A model generated the notes under the pieces. The model was not told the origin of the DNA and ran no database searches. It saw only the letters and a list, made by a program, of their open reading frames with translations. A stretch of 64,000 bases of DNA from NCBI GenBank assembly GCA_963695825.1, contig CAVOHX010000031.1, forward strand, positions 19,538 to 83,537, in the 5' to 3' direction. How positions within the stretch are numbered: position 1 is the stretch's first letter; each line of letters begins with the position of its first letter. This stretch comes from an uncultured Chloroflexia bacterium. GTDB taxonomy: Bacteria > Chloroflexota > Anaerolineae > Promineifilales > UBA4811. Position numbers and translations under genes: made by a program. Shown here piece by piece: positions 41,139 to 52,582 of the stretch.

Positions 41139-41936
41139 TTGTCTCCGTTGATCGACACGCCCACCGGGGGCGTCTGGTACGCAGAGAGTCGCTCCCCGGC
41201 CCAGGAGGACCGGCCGCCGCTGGTGTTGGTCCACGGCGCTGGCGGTAGCCATCTGCACTGGTCGGCGCAACTGCGACGGCTGCCGTTGACCAGGGTGCTG
41301 GCGGTGGATTTGCCCGGTCACGGCCGTTCCCCAGGACCCGGCCGGGAGGAGGTCGGTGCGTATGCGCAGGGGGTGGTGGAACTGCTAAACGCAATAGAGA
41401 TCGAGCGGGCGGTGGTGTGCGGTCATTCGATGGGGGGCGCGATTGCCCTCTACCTGGCGCTCGAGCACTCTCATCGGACAGCAGGAGCGGTGTTGGTTGG
41501 CTCGGGGGCCAAGCTTCGAGTAGCGTCCGCGTTGCTGGACGGCGTGCTGGAGCACCACGAGTTGGCGTTGCAGTTGTTTGTGGACTGGTCGTTTAGCCAG
41601 GAGGCGCCGGCCGAGCTCAAGCAAAAGGGTATCGAGGCCATGCGTGATGTGGACCCGCGCGTGCTGCGCGGCGACCTGGTGGCGTGCGACCGCTTTGACG
41701 TGCGTCACCGCCTGGGGGAAATCGACAAGCCTGTCCTGGTAGTGGGCGGCGCCGAGGACAAGATGACGCCGCTCCGATTCTCCACGTATTTGCAGGAGCA
41801 TATCGCCAGCGCCAAACTGCACGTCGTGCAAGGCGCCGGGCACATGATGGCGCTCGAGCGACCGGATGAGGTGGCCTCAGCGGTGAGTGATTTCGTGAGC
41901 CAACTCGAGGATAGACGGCCGGCGCTCGGGGAGTAA
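41139..41936 (+). CDS. Alpha/beta-fold hydrolase
   Basis: HGAGGS oxyanion region and nucleophile elbow GHSMGG. TTG start preceded by GAGGAGGG. Confidence 0.75.
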   Translation: MSPLIDTPTGGVWYAESRSPAQEDRPPLVLVHGAGGSHLHWSAQLRRLPLTRVLAVDLPGHGRSPGPGREEVGAYAQGVVELLNAIEIERAVVCGHSMGGAIALYLALEHSHRTAGAVLVGSGAKLRVASALLDGVLEHHELALQLFVDWSFSQEAPAELKQKGIEAMRDVDPRVLRGDLVACDRFDVRHRLGEIDKPVLVVGGAEDKMTPLRFSTYLQEHIASAKLHVVQGAGHMMALERPDEVASAVSDFVSQLEDRRPALGE

Positions 41937-42031
41937 GAAACCCGGCTGGCAAAGCCTCAAAGAAAAAGAGCCATGGCGACGGTTTTCGCCTGGGCGAACT
42001 GCTGATTTTCAAGCTTGAAGGGGTGTTTGAG

Positions 42032-44712
42032 ATGAATCAAGACCGACGGACAAGGGACCATTTTGGCGCGCGCGCCACGTTGCGGACACTAGGCGGATCG
42101 GTGATCTATTATCGACTCGGTCGTCTGGCGGACGCAACCGGGGTGGACCTGTCGCGATTGCCGTACTCGATCCGTGTGCTGCTCGAAGCGGTGTTGCGCG
42201 AGGGGGACGGCGACACGATCACGAGTCGGGATGCCGAGAACCTGGCACGATGGGACCCGGCCCACTATGTGGCTCACGAGCTGCCGTTCAAGCCGGCCCG
42301 GGTTCTGCTGCAGGATTTCACGGGTGTGCCGGCGGTGGTGGACCTGGCGGCGCTGCGGTCCGCCATGAACCGGTTGGGGGGCGACCCCGGCCGCATCAAC
42401 CCCCAGATACCGGTGGACCTGGTGATCGATCACTCGGTCCAGGTGGACCGCTTTGGCTCGCGTTTCGCCCTGTTGTTCAACGCCGAGCGCGAGTTTGAGC
42501 GCAATCGGGAGCGCTACGAGTTCCTGCGCTGGGGGCAGACCGCCCTGGATAATTTCCGCGTCGTCCCGCCCGCCACGGGCATCGTCCACCAGGTGAACCT
42601 CGAATACCTGGCCCGGGTAGTGCAGACCCGCCAGCAGGACGGCGAGCGTGGTCGCATTGCCCGATTCGCTGGTGGGGACCGATTCTCACACCACCATGAT
42701 CAACGGGCTGGGCGTCCTTGGCTGGGGTGTGGGCGGCATCGAAGCCGAGGCGGTGATGTTGGGCCAACCCATCTATATGCTGACGCCCCAGGTGGTCGGC
42801 TTTCGGTTGACCGGCGAATTGCCCGAGGGCGCGACCGCCACTGACCTGGTATTGACTGCTACCCAGGTGCTCCGCGCCAAAGGGGTGGTGGGCAAGTTTG
42901 TCGAGTATTACGGATCCGGGGTGAGCACGCTGGCGCTAGCCGATCGGGCGACGCTGGCCAACATGTCACCCGAATATGGCGCTACCGTGGGCTATTTCCC
43001 GGTGGACGACGTCACGCTCGAGTACCTGCGGGTGACCGGCCGGGGCGCAGAACTGGTCGATCTGGTAGAGAGGTACACCAAGGAGCAAGGGTTGTTCCGC
43101 CGCGATGACGCGCCGGAACCGGTCTACAGTGAGGGGTTGGAGCTGGATCTGAGCACCGTGGAGCCGAGCCTGGCGGGCCCCAAACGCCCGCAGGACCGGA
43201 TTGCGCTGCGCGAGATGAAGCGCTCGTTCCAGGTCACGCTGCAAGAGGGGTATGGGAGGACGGCTGCACGGCCGGCATGGATTGACTGACGGCGCGGTGG
43301 TCATTGCTGCCATCACCAGTTGCACCAACACCTCAAACCCATCGGTCATGATCGGCGCTGGCTTGTTGGCGAAAAAGGCGGTTGAATTGGGGCTAAAGGT
43401 GCCGTCCTACGTCAAGACCAGCCTTGCCCCTGGCTCCAAGGTGGTGACGCGTTACCTGGAGAACCTGGAGCTGATGCCCTACTTGCAGGCGTTGGGTTTC
43501 CACGTTGTGGGATATGGCTGCACCTCGTGCATTGGCAACAGCGGTCCATTGCCGGCCGAGGTTGCGGCGGCCGTGCGTGATGGGGACCTGGTGGTGGCTT
43601 CGGTGTTGAGCGGCAACCGAAACTTTGAAGGTCGCGTCCATCCGCTGACGCGGGTTAACTACCTGGCCTCGCCTCCCCTGGTGGTCGCCTATGCACTTGC
43701 CGGTACTGTAAACATCGATCTGCCGAACGAGCCGATCGGTTTTGATCCCAACGAGCAGCCGGTCTTGCTGCAGGACATCTGGCCCACATCGGACGAAATC
43801 CGGGAGGCCATGAATCGGGCGGTCTCGGCCGAGTTGTATGCGACCGAGTACCGCGATGTGTTCAGAGGGGACGAGACCTGGAACCAGATTGCAGTTCCAG
43901 AGGGCGACCTCTATCGCTGGGATTCCGCCTCCACCTATATTCAGGAGCCGCCGTTCTTTCTCCACCTGACACGGGAAGAACCCCCGGTCGCGCCGATCAA
44001 AGGGGCGCGGGTTCTGGCGCTGCTCGGCGATTCGGTTACCACCGACCACATCTCCCCGGCCGGGTCGATACCCGCCGATGGCCCCGCCGGCCGCTATCTG
44101 ATCGAACACGGGGTTGAGCGGAGCGAGTTCAACTCTTTTGGCTCGCGCCGGGGCAACCACGAGGTGATGATGCGAGGTACTTTTGCCAACATTCGGCTGC
44201 GCAACCAACTAGTTCCCGGAAGCGAGGGAGGCGTGCACCATTCATCACCCCACCGGCGAACGTATGAGCATCTACGAGGCGGCGATGCGCTACCAGGAGG
44301 CCGGCACGCCGCTCATCGTGATCGCCGGCAAGGAATACGGCACCGGAAGCTCGCGCGACTGGGCTGCCAAAGGCACGGTCTGCTGGGCGTCAAGGCGGTG
44401 ATCGCCGAGAGCTATGAGCGCATTCATCGCAGCAATCTGGTGGGGATGGGCGTCTTGCCGCTGCAATTCCTGCCGGGCGAGAACGCCGCCAGCCTGAACC
44501 TGACCGGGTTCGAAACCTATAACCTGGAAGGGGTTGACGATACGTTGCAGCCCCTACAAGAGCTGACGGTGGTCTGTAGCGACGAGCAGCGGAATGTCAA
44601 GCGCTTTGTGACCACGGTTCGTATCGACTCGCCGGTAGAGGTAGATTACTATCGAAACGGCGGCGTGTTGCACACCGTGCTGCGCAGGATGGCGACCGAC
44701 GCGACGGGGTAG
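42032..44712 (+). pseudogene. acnA: Aconitate hydratase A, at least 4 frameshifts as assembled
   Basis: Motifs [63 protein letters not shown] and [16 protein letters not shown] are present. The pieces 42023-42844, 42648-43289 and 43252-44712 join, and a compensating pair of shifts lies at about 44230-44390. Confidence 0.9.
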
Positions 44713-44733
44713 AGACAGTGCTTTGAGGATCTG

Positions 44734-44768
44734 ACGCTCCAGGAACCTTCCTGGGGCGTTTTCATTTT
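44734..44768. terminator. Bidirectional terminator between convergent acnA and the MetE-like gene
   Basis: 11-bp stem acgctccagga / tcctggggcgt (one G-U pair), 4-nt loop, then TTTTCATTTT. Confidence 0.55.
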
Positions 44769-45809
44769 GGCCAATAGCTACAGATATCGCGCTCGCATCG
44801 CGGCCAGACACCGACCGTCAACTCGAGAGCCCGTTCCGCTTGCTCGACGGTAAGGGTACCGAGACCGCAAGCGGGGGTGATCAACGCCGACTGGAGCAAG
44901 TCGTCCAATGGGATGCCCTTGCGCACCAGCAGGTTCATCCCCTCATGCAGCCGTTCCACCAGGCTGTCCACCGTCTCGCTCTGAACCGCCGGACTGTTGG
45001 GCACGATGCCCCAGGCGATGATTCCGCCGCCGCGCGATAAAGGCGCGCACGTCTTTTGGGTACAGCGCGAGGTTGTGGGCATATTCGTAGGCGTCCAGGC
45101 TGAGGATATCGACAGAAGTGTCCAGCAGTATGGACCAGTCGGTGTTGCCACAGCAGTGGACTCCCTTGAGTCCCTGCACGCCGGCCAGTACCTCCTCCAT
45201 CAGGGTAATCACCTGGTCCCGGGCGATAGCCACGTAGGCAGAGCCAAAGCTAGCCATGTAGGGTTCGTCGATAAAGATGATCGTCTCTGGATGCACCTGA
45301 CGCAGTTGCTGCTCCTGCCAACTGGCCTTGAGACGCAAATGGCGGGTGATGGCGTCAGCCAGCACCTCTTCATACAAGGTCGGACGGCGGTTCTGGTCGG
45401 TGACGACCAAGCCCCAACTGACGGGTCCGGTGACCTGGCCCTTGATGGCCCGCGCCCGGGCCACGCGATCGGCCGGCAGCGTCGCCAGGCCGGTGGCGTA
45501 TTCCGGCCCAAATTCCCCATAGCCCAGGTCTTCTTCCAGGTAGGCGGTGTAGAGACCCTCCAGCGCCGGGTCCAGGTCCTGCTCGCGATCCACCCAGATA
45601 CGCTCCTCCTCAAGATCGAGCACCACGCCAGGGAAGCGTTCGCTGTACTGGACGTACATGTTCTCGAAAAAGGCACGGCGAGGAAGTTGGGGCCAGGCAG
45701 GGATATCAGGGACGCGCGCCAGGATCAGTTCCCAGGCGGCGTGTACGTCGCGATGAGGCAGGCTGCCGATGGTCATCGGCAAAAGATCCGGTCGAAAGGT
45801 CATGGTCAT
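44762..45809 (-). pseudogene. Cobalamin-independent methionine synthase (MetE C-terminal / UROD-like fold) family protein, at least 1 frameshift as assembled
   Basis: Starts MTMTFRPDLLPMTIGSLPH, with HCCGNTDW and ITPACGLG motifs. ORFs 44943-46430 (3' part) and 44762-45151 join near 45040. The ATG at 45809 overlaps the reconstructed rdgB stop (ATGA). Confidence 0.6.
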
Positions 45810-46424
45810 TCCTCTCCGGTCCCATGGACTCCTGTCAGGAGCTGCAGGATGAGCGGCCGGGCAGCCATGGCGGCGCGGGCCGCGGTGGCTGATCTGGTTC
45901 TTTTCCCCATCCACCAGTTGGGCCATGGTGCGCCCGCAGTTCGGTAGGTAGAAAACCGGGTCGTAGCCAAAGCCATTGTCGCCGGCCGCCTCCAGGGCGA
46001 TGATTCCCTCGCAGGCGCCCTCGGCGGTGAGGGTCAGGCCTTCCGGAGTGGCGAGGGCAATGACGCAACGAAAGCGGGCTGTGCGCTTCTCCCAGGGGAC
46101 CCCATCCAGCTCTTGCAGCAAACGCCGCCAGCGATCGGCATCGCCCAACCCCGGGCCGCCATAGCGCGCCGAGCGGACGCCCGGCCGGCCGCCCAATGCA
46201 TCCACCTCGAGCCCGGAATCGTCTGCCAGTGTCAGACGATTGCTGGCGTTGGCGAACGCCAGCGCCTTGAGTTGGGCATTTTCTTGATAGGTCTCTCCCG
46301 ACTCGTCTACCTCGACGTTGAGCTCAAGCTCGGCTGGACCGACGCATTGGACCGGCAGGCCGGCAAGCAGGTGGTCGTATTCGCGTACCTTGCCCGGGTT
46401 ACCGGTGGCAATCAGCAGATCCAT
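45806..46424 (-). pseudogene. rdgB: dITP/XTP pyrophosphatase RdgB (HAM1 family), frameshift near the 3' end as assembled
   Basis: Starts MDLLIATGNPGKVREY, with FGYDPVF and ISHRG motifs. One indel near 45870 fuses it in silico to the next gene; the corrected frame ends at TGA 45808-45806. Confidence 0.8.
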
Positions 46425-46614
46425 GGTCACCTATTCCTGGGTTGCAGACCGGGCCAATTATACCAAGTCCGCCATTGCGGCACAGGGGAGGCGGCGGTAC
46501 GCCGCCTGTTTCCCCCGCTTGCGCCACGGCAGCTTGACTTTTTCCCTGCCCGGTAAAATTCCAGGGTGCAAATGACACCCTGCAGATCCCACGAGCAAGG
46601 AGACTGAACCCAAG

Positions 46615-47699
46615 ATGAAAGGACTGATTCTCAGCGGCGGCAAAGGGCACGCGCCTGTACCCGCTGACCTATACCAGCGCCAAGCAGTTGATCCCGGTGG
46701 CCAACAAGCCGGTGCTCTTCCGCGTGATCGAGGCCATCCGCGACGCCGGCATCACCGAGATCGGCATCGTGGTCGGCGACACGGCCGACGAGATCAGAGA
46801 GGCGGTGGGCGGGGCGAGCGCTGGGGCGTCAACATCACCTACATCCCGCAGGATGCGCCGCTGGGGCTGGCCCACGCGGTCAAGATCTCGCAGCGACTTT
46901 CTGGGCGACGATCGCTTTGTGATGTTCCTGGGCGACAACGTGATCCAGGGCGGCATCAGCCCCTGATCGCCGAGTTCGCCGACAGCGACTGGAACAGCCA
47001 GATCGTGCTGACCCGGGTCGAGCAGCCGGAGCAGTACGGCGTGGCCGAGCTGAACGACGATGGGCGCATCATCCGCCTGATCGAAAAACCCAAGGAGCCG
47101 CCCAGCGACCTGGCGCTGGTCGGCATCTATATGTTCGACCACCACATCTTCGAGGCGGTCGACAGCATCAAGCCCCTCCTGGCGCGGCGAGCTGGAGATC
47201 ACCGACGCCATCCAGTGGCTGGTCGAGCACGGCTACCGGGTCTATCCCTACGTCCACCGGGGCTGGTGGATCGACACCGGCGCGCCCGGACGACATGCTG
47301 GACGCCAACAGCCTGGTGCTGGAAGAGCTGGCGCACATGATCGAGGGCTACGTGGATCGGGACTCGCAGGTGGACGGCACGCGTGACGGTGGAGCACGGC
47401 GCCGAGATCATCAACAGCGTGGTGCGCGGCCCGGCCATCATCGGCGAGGACACGCGCATCGTCAACAGCTACGTCGGGCCCGTTCACCTCCATTTACCAC
47501 CACGTGCTGGTCGAAACAGCGAGATCGAGCGCTGCATCGTGCTGGAGCACAGCCGGATCCGCGGACATCCCGGCGCGCATCCAGGACAGCCTGATCGGCC
47601 GGCAGGTGGTCGATCGAGCGCTCGCCGATCAAGCCCAAGGCCCACAAGCTGACGTTGGGCGATAATAGCCAGGTTGGCATTCTGAACGGTGCAGCATGA
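46615..47699 (+). pseudogene. rmlA: Glucose-1-phosphate thymidylyltransferase, long form with C-terminal left-handed beta-helix; many (about 8 or more) frameshifts as assembled
   Basis: MKGLILSGGKG, then [41 protein letters not shown] and hexapeptide repeats, recovered across all three frames. The stop overlaps the rmlB ATG (ATGA). Confidence 0.8.
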
Positions 47700-48736
47700 A
47701 ACGATTTATGATCACCGGCGGGGCCGGCTTTATCGGCTCCAACTTTCGCCGCTATATGCTGGAGCGGTATCCCGACTATTTCGTGCTGGTCTATGACAAG
47801 CTGACCTATGCCGGCAACCTGGACAATCTGAAGGATGTGGCGGCGAGCTTTGTCGGTCGCTATGCCTTTGTGCAGAGGCGACATCTGCGATCCGCAGGCG
47901 GTGGCGAGAGGCGATCCAGACCCATCAGATCGACACGATCGTCAACTTTGCGGCCGAGACCCACGTCGATCGCTCGATCATGGACCCGGATGCCTTTATC
48001 CAGACCGACGTGTACGGCACCTACGTGCTGCTGGAGGCGGCTCGCCAGTTCGAACTGGAACGCTACCACCAGATCTCGACCGACGAGGTGTATGGGCACG
48101 TCCCGGTGGGCTCTTCCAGGGAGACGCGATCGTGGTCGCCCCGCGCAGCCCCTACGCCGCCAGCAAGGCGAGCGGCGACCTGATGGTCAACGCCTACCAT
48201 GTCACCTATGGACCTGCCGGTCACCATCACCCGCGGCGCCAACAATATCGGCCCTACCAGTACCCGGAAAAGGTGGTGCCGCTCTTTGTCACCAATGCCA
48301 TCGACGACCAGCCGCTGCCGCTCTATGGCGATGGGCTGCAGGTGCGCGACTATCAGTACGTGCTCGACCACTGCGAGGGGATCGACCTGGTGCTGCGCCG
48401 AGGCCAAGTGGGGAGGTCTACAACGTGGGCACCGGCACCGAGATGCACAACATCGACATGACCCACCTGATTCTTGAGCTGCTGGGCAAGCCCGCAAGCC
48501 TGATCCGCCACGTGCCGGACCGCGCCGGCCACGACCGCCGCTACAGCCTGAACGTGGACAAGATCCGGGCGCTGGGCTGGGAGCCAGAGCACAGCTGCGA
48601 GGAGGCGATCGAGCTGACCGTCCGCTGGTATGTCGACAACGAGTGGTGGTGGCGCAAGATCAAATCCGGCGCGTACAAGGAGTATTATCGCCAGCAGTAC
48701 GGCTGGCGGCTGGCCCAACCAGACACGGCTGGCTAG
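47696..48736 (+). pseudogene. rmlB: dTDP-glucose 4,6-dehydratase; several compensating frameshifts hidden inside one open frame
   Basis: The N-terminus ITGGAGFIGSN and the C-terminus are in the frame of ORF 47696-48736. The central part ([28 protein letters not shown]) reads in the frames of ORFs 47835-48461 and 47980-48183. Confidence 0.85.
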
Positions 48737-48878
48737 AACACTCTCGCCGGCCGGTCGGGCAACAGCCCCTGGTGCGTGGGCAGTTCCGGCACACAAGCGA
48801 ATACAACAAGTCGCGCTGATTGGGGGTCATCGGGGCGAATCGCGCCCGCCACAACCGCGTCAGGCAACTTGTTCCGAC

Positions 48879-48907
48879 TTGCAGACCTGATAGGTCTGAG
48901 CTATATT
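48879..48907 (+). promoter_or_regulatory. Promoter of the thiolase/DUF35 operon with a palindromic operator-like site in the spacer
   Basis: TTGCAG (48879-48884), 17-nt spacer, TATATT (48902-48907). The perfect inverted repeat CAGACCT-gat-AGGTCTG occupies 48882-48898. Confidence 0.5.
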
Positions 48908-48944
48908 CCGCTTGTCTGAACCCAGCAATTCTCAGGAGGTACGC

Positions 48945-50097
48945 ATGAGAGGATCCGTTGCCGTGGTCGGGGTGGGTTGGGCTGGCTTTCGGCCTACCAC
49001 GCCCGATCAATCCTACAAGGAGCTGATGTACGAGGCGGCCGTGCGAGCCTATGCCGACGCCGGGGTGGACCCTCGCCGCGACGTTGACAGCTTTGTCACA
49101 GTGGCCGAAGATTTTCACGAGGGGACCAGCATCTTTGACGAGTACGTGCCTGATCAACTGGGCGCCGTCCTCAAACCGGTGCACACGATCACTGGGGATG
49201 GGCTCCACGGCCTGGCGACCGGGTATATGCTCGTCTGCACTGGACAGGCGGATATTGTGGTGGTGGAAGGGCACAGCAAGGCGTCGAACGTGGTGACGTT
49301 GCCCGAGGTCACCGCTACGCTCAGGACCCGGTCCTCAACCGGCCGTTGCGCCTGAATACCCATTTTGTCGCCGGGCTAGAGATGAACCGCTACTTGCACG
49401 AGACCGGCGCCACCCGCGAGCAATGTGCGGCCGTGGTTGCCAAGAATCGGCATAATGCGCTCTGGAACCCTCGAGCCTCATTTGCCGCCGACTTGACGCT
49501 CGAGGATGTGTTGGCTGGCCCGCCGCTCGTTGGCCGTTGGGACGCCGCGAGACGGCCGAGCACGCTGACGGCGCGATCGTCATGGTGCTGGCCTCGGAGG
49601 ATCGAGCTGGCGCACTGACCGACCAACCGATCTGGATTCGGGGAGTCGGCTGGTGCAACGGTTCGGCCGGGCTGGAACAGCCGCGATTGGGCCCAGTTGG
49701 AGTACATCCGGCGAGCGGCCCGGATGGCGTATCGCCAGGCTGGCATTCGCACTCCCCAACAAGTGATTGACTTTGCCGAGGTGGACGACACCTATGCCTA
49801 CAAGGAGCTGCAGCACCTCGAGGCGCTGGGTTTGTGTCGCTTTGGCGAGGCCGGGCGAGCTGACAGAAGACGGGTGTACCTCGGCCGACGGCGATTTGCC
49901 GGTCAATGTCTCTGGCGGCAGCCTGGGGATGGGTCATCTGTTGGACGCGACCGGGCTCGCCCGGGCGCTGGAGGTGGTGCTGCAATTGCGCGGCGAGGCC
50001 GGGGCGCGTCAACTGGAGGACGTCGAGGTCGGCCTTGTGCCAGTCCTGGCGCGGCGTTCCCACCACTAGCGGCGCCGTCGCTGTGTTGAGCAACTGA
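48945..50097 (+). pseudogene. SCP-x/Ltp-type thiolase-like protein 1, several frameshifts as assembled
   Basis: VAVVGVGWAGF..., NRYLHETGATREQCAAVVAKN, PVNVSGGSLGMGH and ALEVVLQLRGEAG are recovered from the pieces 48912-49355, 49346-49618, 49697-50089, 49767-50069 and 49906-50097. AGGAGG lies upstream of the ATG at 48945. Confidence 0.75.
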
Positions 50098-50110
50098 GGA
50101 GGAGAGACCC

Positions 50111-51281
50111 ATGGGCATGAGAAAAGTTGCAGTTGTTGGGGCGGGTATGACGAAATTCGTCCGCCGGGCGCAAGAGACGGGCAAGGAGCTTTCCTGGCAG
50201 GCGACCCACATGGCGCTGGAATCCTGCGAAATGACCATGGATGACATCGAGGCGGTCTGCATGGGCACCGCCCCCGACGCCTTCGATGGCGTTCACATGA
50301 ACGGTGAGTACCTGAGCGACGGAGCCGGGGCCTGGAGCAAGCCCTATATGCGCTCCTACGTGGGTGGCGGGACGGGCGTCTTCGCCCCCATCCAGGGCTG
50401 GTATCACGTCGCCTCGGGTCTGTTTGAACCTGCCTGGTGGTGTGTGAGGAGAAAATGTCCAGCTATTATCCCGCACGCGCAGGCTGCTTTTGTGACCATC
50501 TTCGACCACACTACCGAACGGCCGCTAAGCCCAACCTGTTGTGGATCTTCGCCATGGAGATGAATCGGTACATGCAGACCTATGGCATCTCCAAGGAGGA
50601 TATCGCCCAGGTTTCGGTCAACACAAGCGCAACGCGGCCGACCATCCGTGTGCGCCGTTGCCTGGGGGATGCCAATATCACGCGTGGAGGACGTGCTGAA
50701 CTCTGAGGTGCTTGCCTGGCCGGTGCAGCCGGTTGGACGTCAGCCCGGTCAGCGATGGCGCGGTGGCCATCGTGCTGGCCGCCGAGCACGTAGCCAAGCG
50801 GATCACCGACAAGCCGGTCTGGATCCAGGGCGTCGGTTGGAATCTGGACACCGCCTACTGGACCAACCGAGATTTGGCCTATCCGCGCTATGTCGAATAC
50901 GCGGCTCGTATGGCCTACGATATGGCGGGCATCAAAGAGCCGCGCAAAGAGATCCACATCGCGAGCCCTATGATCCCTTTGATTACAAGGCGCTGCACCA
51001 CCTGGAAGGTTTGCAGTTGGCAGATCGTGGGCAGGCCCCTCAGCTGTACACGCGATGGCGTGGCGGCGAGGGATGGCGACATGCCGGTCTGCCCCTCGGG
51101 CGGGCTGCTGGGGGTGGGCAACCCCATCGCTGCTGCCGGCTTGATGAAGATCGCCGAACTCTTCTGGCAGTTGCGCGGCGAGGCGGGCGCGCGGCAGGTG
51201 CCCGGACAGCCCAAACGTGGCCTGGCACAGGCCTGGGGTGACCTGATGCAGGTCGGCACGGTAGTGATCATGGGTCGGTGA
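50111..51281 (+). pseudogene. SCP-x/Ltp-type thiolase-like protein 2, several frameshifts as assembled
   Basis: KVAVVGAGMTKF, EMNRYMQTYGISKEDIAQVSV, VCPSGGLLGVGNP and LFWQLRGEAG are recovered from the pieces 50111-50563, 50437-50706 and 50712-51281. Confidence 0.75.
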
Positions 51282-51292
51282 GGAGGCGAAAA

Positions 51293-51814
51293 ATGACTGC
51301 CAACATTCAAGATTTTCCAGGCACCTCGCTCAGCGAGAGTGATTTTGCTGAGGGAAAGGTCCTGTGTACCCACGACCGGATGAACGGCGTCTACGCGTGG
51401 GATACTGGCGTCGCCATCGGCCGCTATCTCGCCGCCCTAAAAGAGGGCATGATCCTGGGCGCACGGTGCAAGACCTGTCGCAGAACGGTTGTGCCACCAC
51501 GCACGGTCTGCGAATGGTGCTTCCGGCCGATGGACGAGTACGTTCCGCTTCAGGATACCGGGCACGTCAATACGTTCTCGCTGTGTTACGTCACGTGGGA
51601 CGTGCAACGGATCACCGAGCCCGAAATCCCCGCCGTGATCGAGATCGATGGAGCTTCTCCCCTGCACGGCATCATGCACATGTTGGGCGAGGTGGATCCA
51701 GAGCGGGTCAAAATTGGGATGCGCGTGCAGGCGGTGTGGAAACCGGCCGAGGAGCGCCAGGGAGCTGTCACCGACATTCGCTACTTTAAACCGGTGGACG
51801 AGGTGCCATCATGA
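51293..51814 (+). CDS. DUF35 (zinc ribbon + OB fold) protein 1
   Basis: CKTCRRTVVPPRTVCEWC zinc ribbon followed by an OB-fold-like C-terminus. GAGGAGG lies upstream. The frame is intact. Confidence 0.75.
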   Translation: MTANIQDFPGTSLSESDFAEGKVLCTHDRMNGVYAWDTGVAIGRYLAALKEGMILGARCKTCRRTVVPPRTVCEWCFRPMDEYVPLQDTGHVNTFSLCYVTWDVQRITEPEIPAVIEIDGASPLHGIMHMLGEVDPERVKIGMRVQAVWKPAEERQGAVTDIRYFKPVDEVPS

Positions 51815-52278
51815 CCCTGCTGGAAAGAGACTCTAACGCACCATCCGCCTGGACCGGCGAGATGTTTGTAACCAGCCGGTATACCTTTGGCCTGGCAGGG
51901 GAGCGGTTCTTTCGCGCCATCAAAGATGAGGGGCGCATCCTGGGCGCTCGTTGCGCCAAATGCGACCTCACCTACGTGCCGGCGGCTCTCTATTGTGAAC
52001 GCTGTCTGGGCGAACTGACCGAATGGGTGGACGTCGGCGTGTGTGGCGAGGTTCATTCCTTTACGCTACTGTACGAGAACTTGGACGGCAGCCATCGCGG
52101 CACGCCCGAGATCGTTGCCTTGGTCCAACTGGGCGATGGTGGCCTGGTTCATCGGTTGGGCGAGGTAGAGCCCGACGATGTCGCTATCGGTATGCTGGTC
52201 GAGGCGGTGTTCAAACCGGTTGAGGAGCGCCAAGGGTCGATCCTGGATATTGCGTTCTTTAGGCCGGTGGATGAATAG
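51811..52278 (+). CDS. DUF35 (zinc ribbon + OB fold) protein 2
   Basis: CAKCDLTYVPAALYCERC zinc ribbon. The start overlaps the upstream stop (ATGA). The frame is intact. Confidence 0.75.
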   Translation: MTLLERDSNAPSAWTGEMFVTSRYTFGLAGERFFRAIKDEGRILGARCAKCDLTYVPAALYCERCLGELTEWVDVGVCGEVHSFTLLYENLDGSHRGTPEIVALVQLGDGGLVHRLGEVEPDDVAIGMLVEAVFKPVEERQGSILDIAFFRPVDE

Positions 52279-52361
52279 TCGCCCGGCCGCCCCTATCGGT
52301 CTTTGGGCGCGGCGCTTGGGCCTCCAAGCCGTTCGCTGGTGGGCCAAGTCCGCCCATCTGG

Positions 52362-52390
52362 TTGACACGCCAGACCGGCTGTACTATAAT
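52362..52390 (+). promoter_or_regulatory. Perfect-consensus sigma-70 promoter upstream of the corrinoid/MttB genes
   Basis: TTGACA (52362-52367), exactly 17 nt, TATAAT (52385-52390). Confidence 0.65.
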
Positions 52391-52511
52391 GTTTCGCGAG
52401 TTGCAACGCAGTTGCGTAATGCGGGACACACGTGTGATGTTTGAGCGGCATGGTGTGACCGACGAGTTGCGTGATGCCGATCAGGAACGGTTGTCAAAAG
52501 CATTTGTGTCA

Positions 52512-52557
52512 AGGGAACAGGTCGCCATCGGCGTAGGAGCCTGTTCCTTGTTCTTTT
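52512..52557 (+). promoter_or_regulatory. Terminator-like stem-loop inside the 5' leader (possible attenuator)
   Basis: Perfect 8-bp stem ggaacagg (52514-52521) / cctgttcc (52540-52547), extendable by wobble pairs, with an 18-nt loop, followed by TTGTTCTTTT. It lies about 25 nt before the corrinoid protein start. Confidence 0.4.
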
Positions 52558-52582
52558 CTAGTCATACTTGGGAGATATGAAC

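Noticed and set aside
44943-46430. 495-aa ORF that looks like a bifunctional RdgB-methyltransferase fusion.
   Set aside because: A single-base correction near 45870 restores a normal RdgB C-terminus. The corrected frame ends at a TGA that overlaps the downstream ATG (ATGA at 45806-45809). The fusion is therefore an indel artefact joining two separate genes.
52391-52576. Cobalamin riboswitch in the leader of the corrinoid protein gene.
   Set aside because: I found no B12-box-like sequence or GGGAA/GGUGAAA-type core. I keep it only as an unclassified structured leader (see findings).
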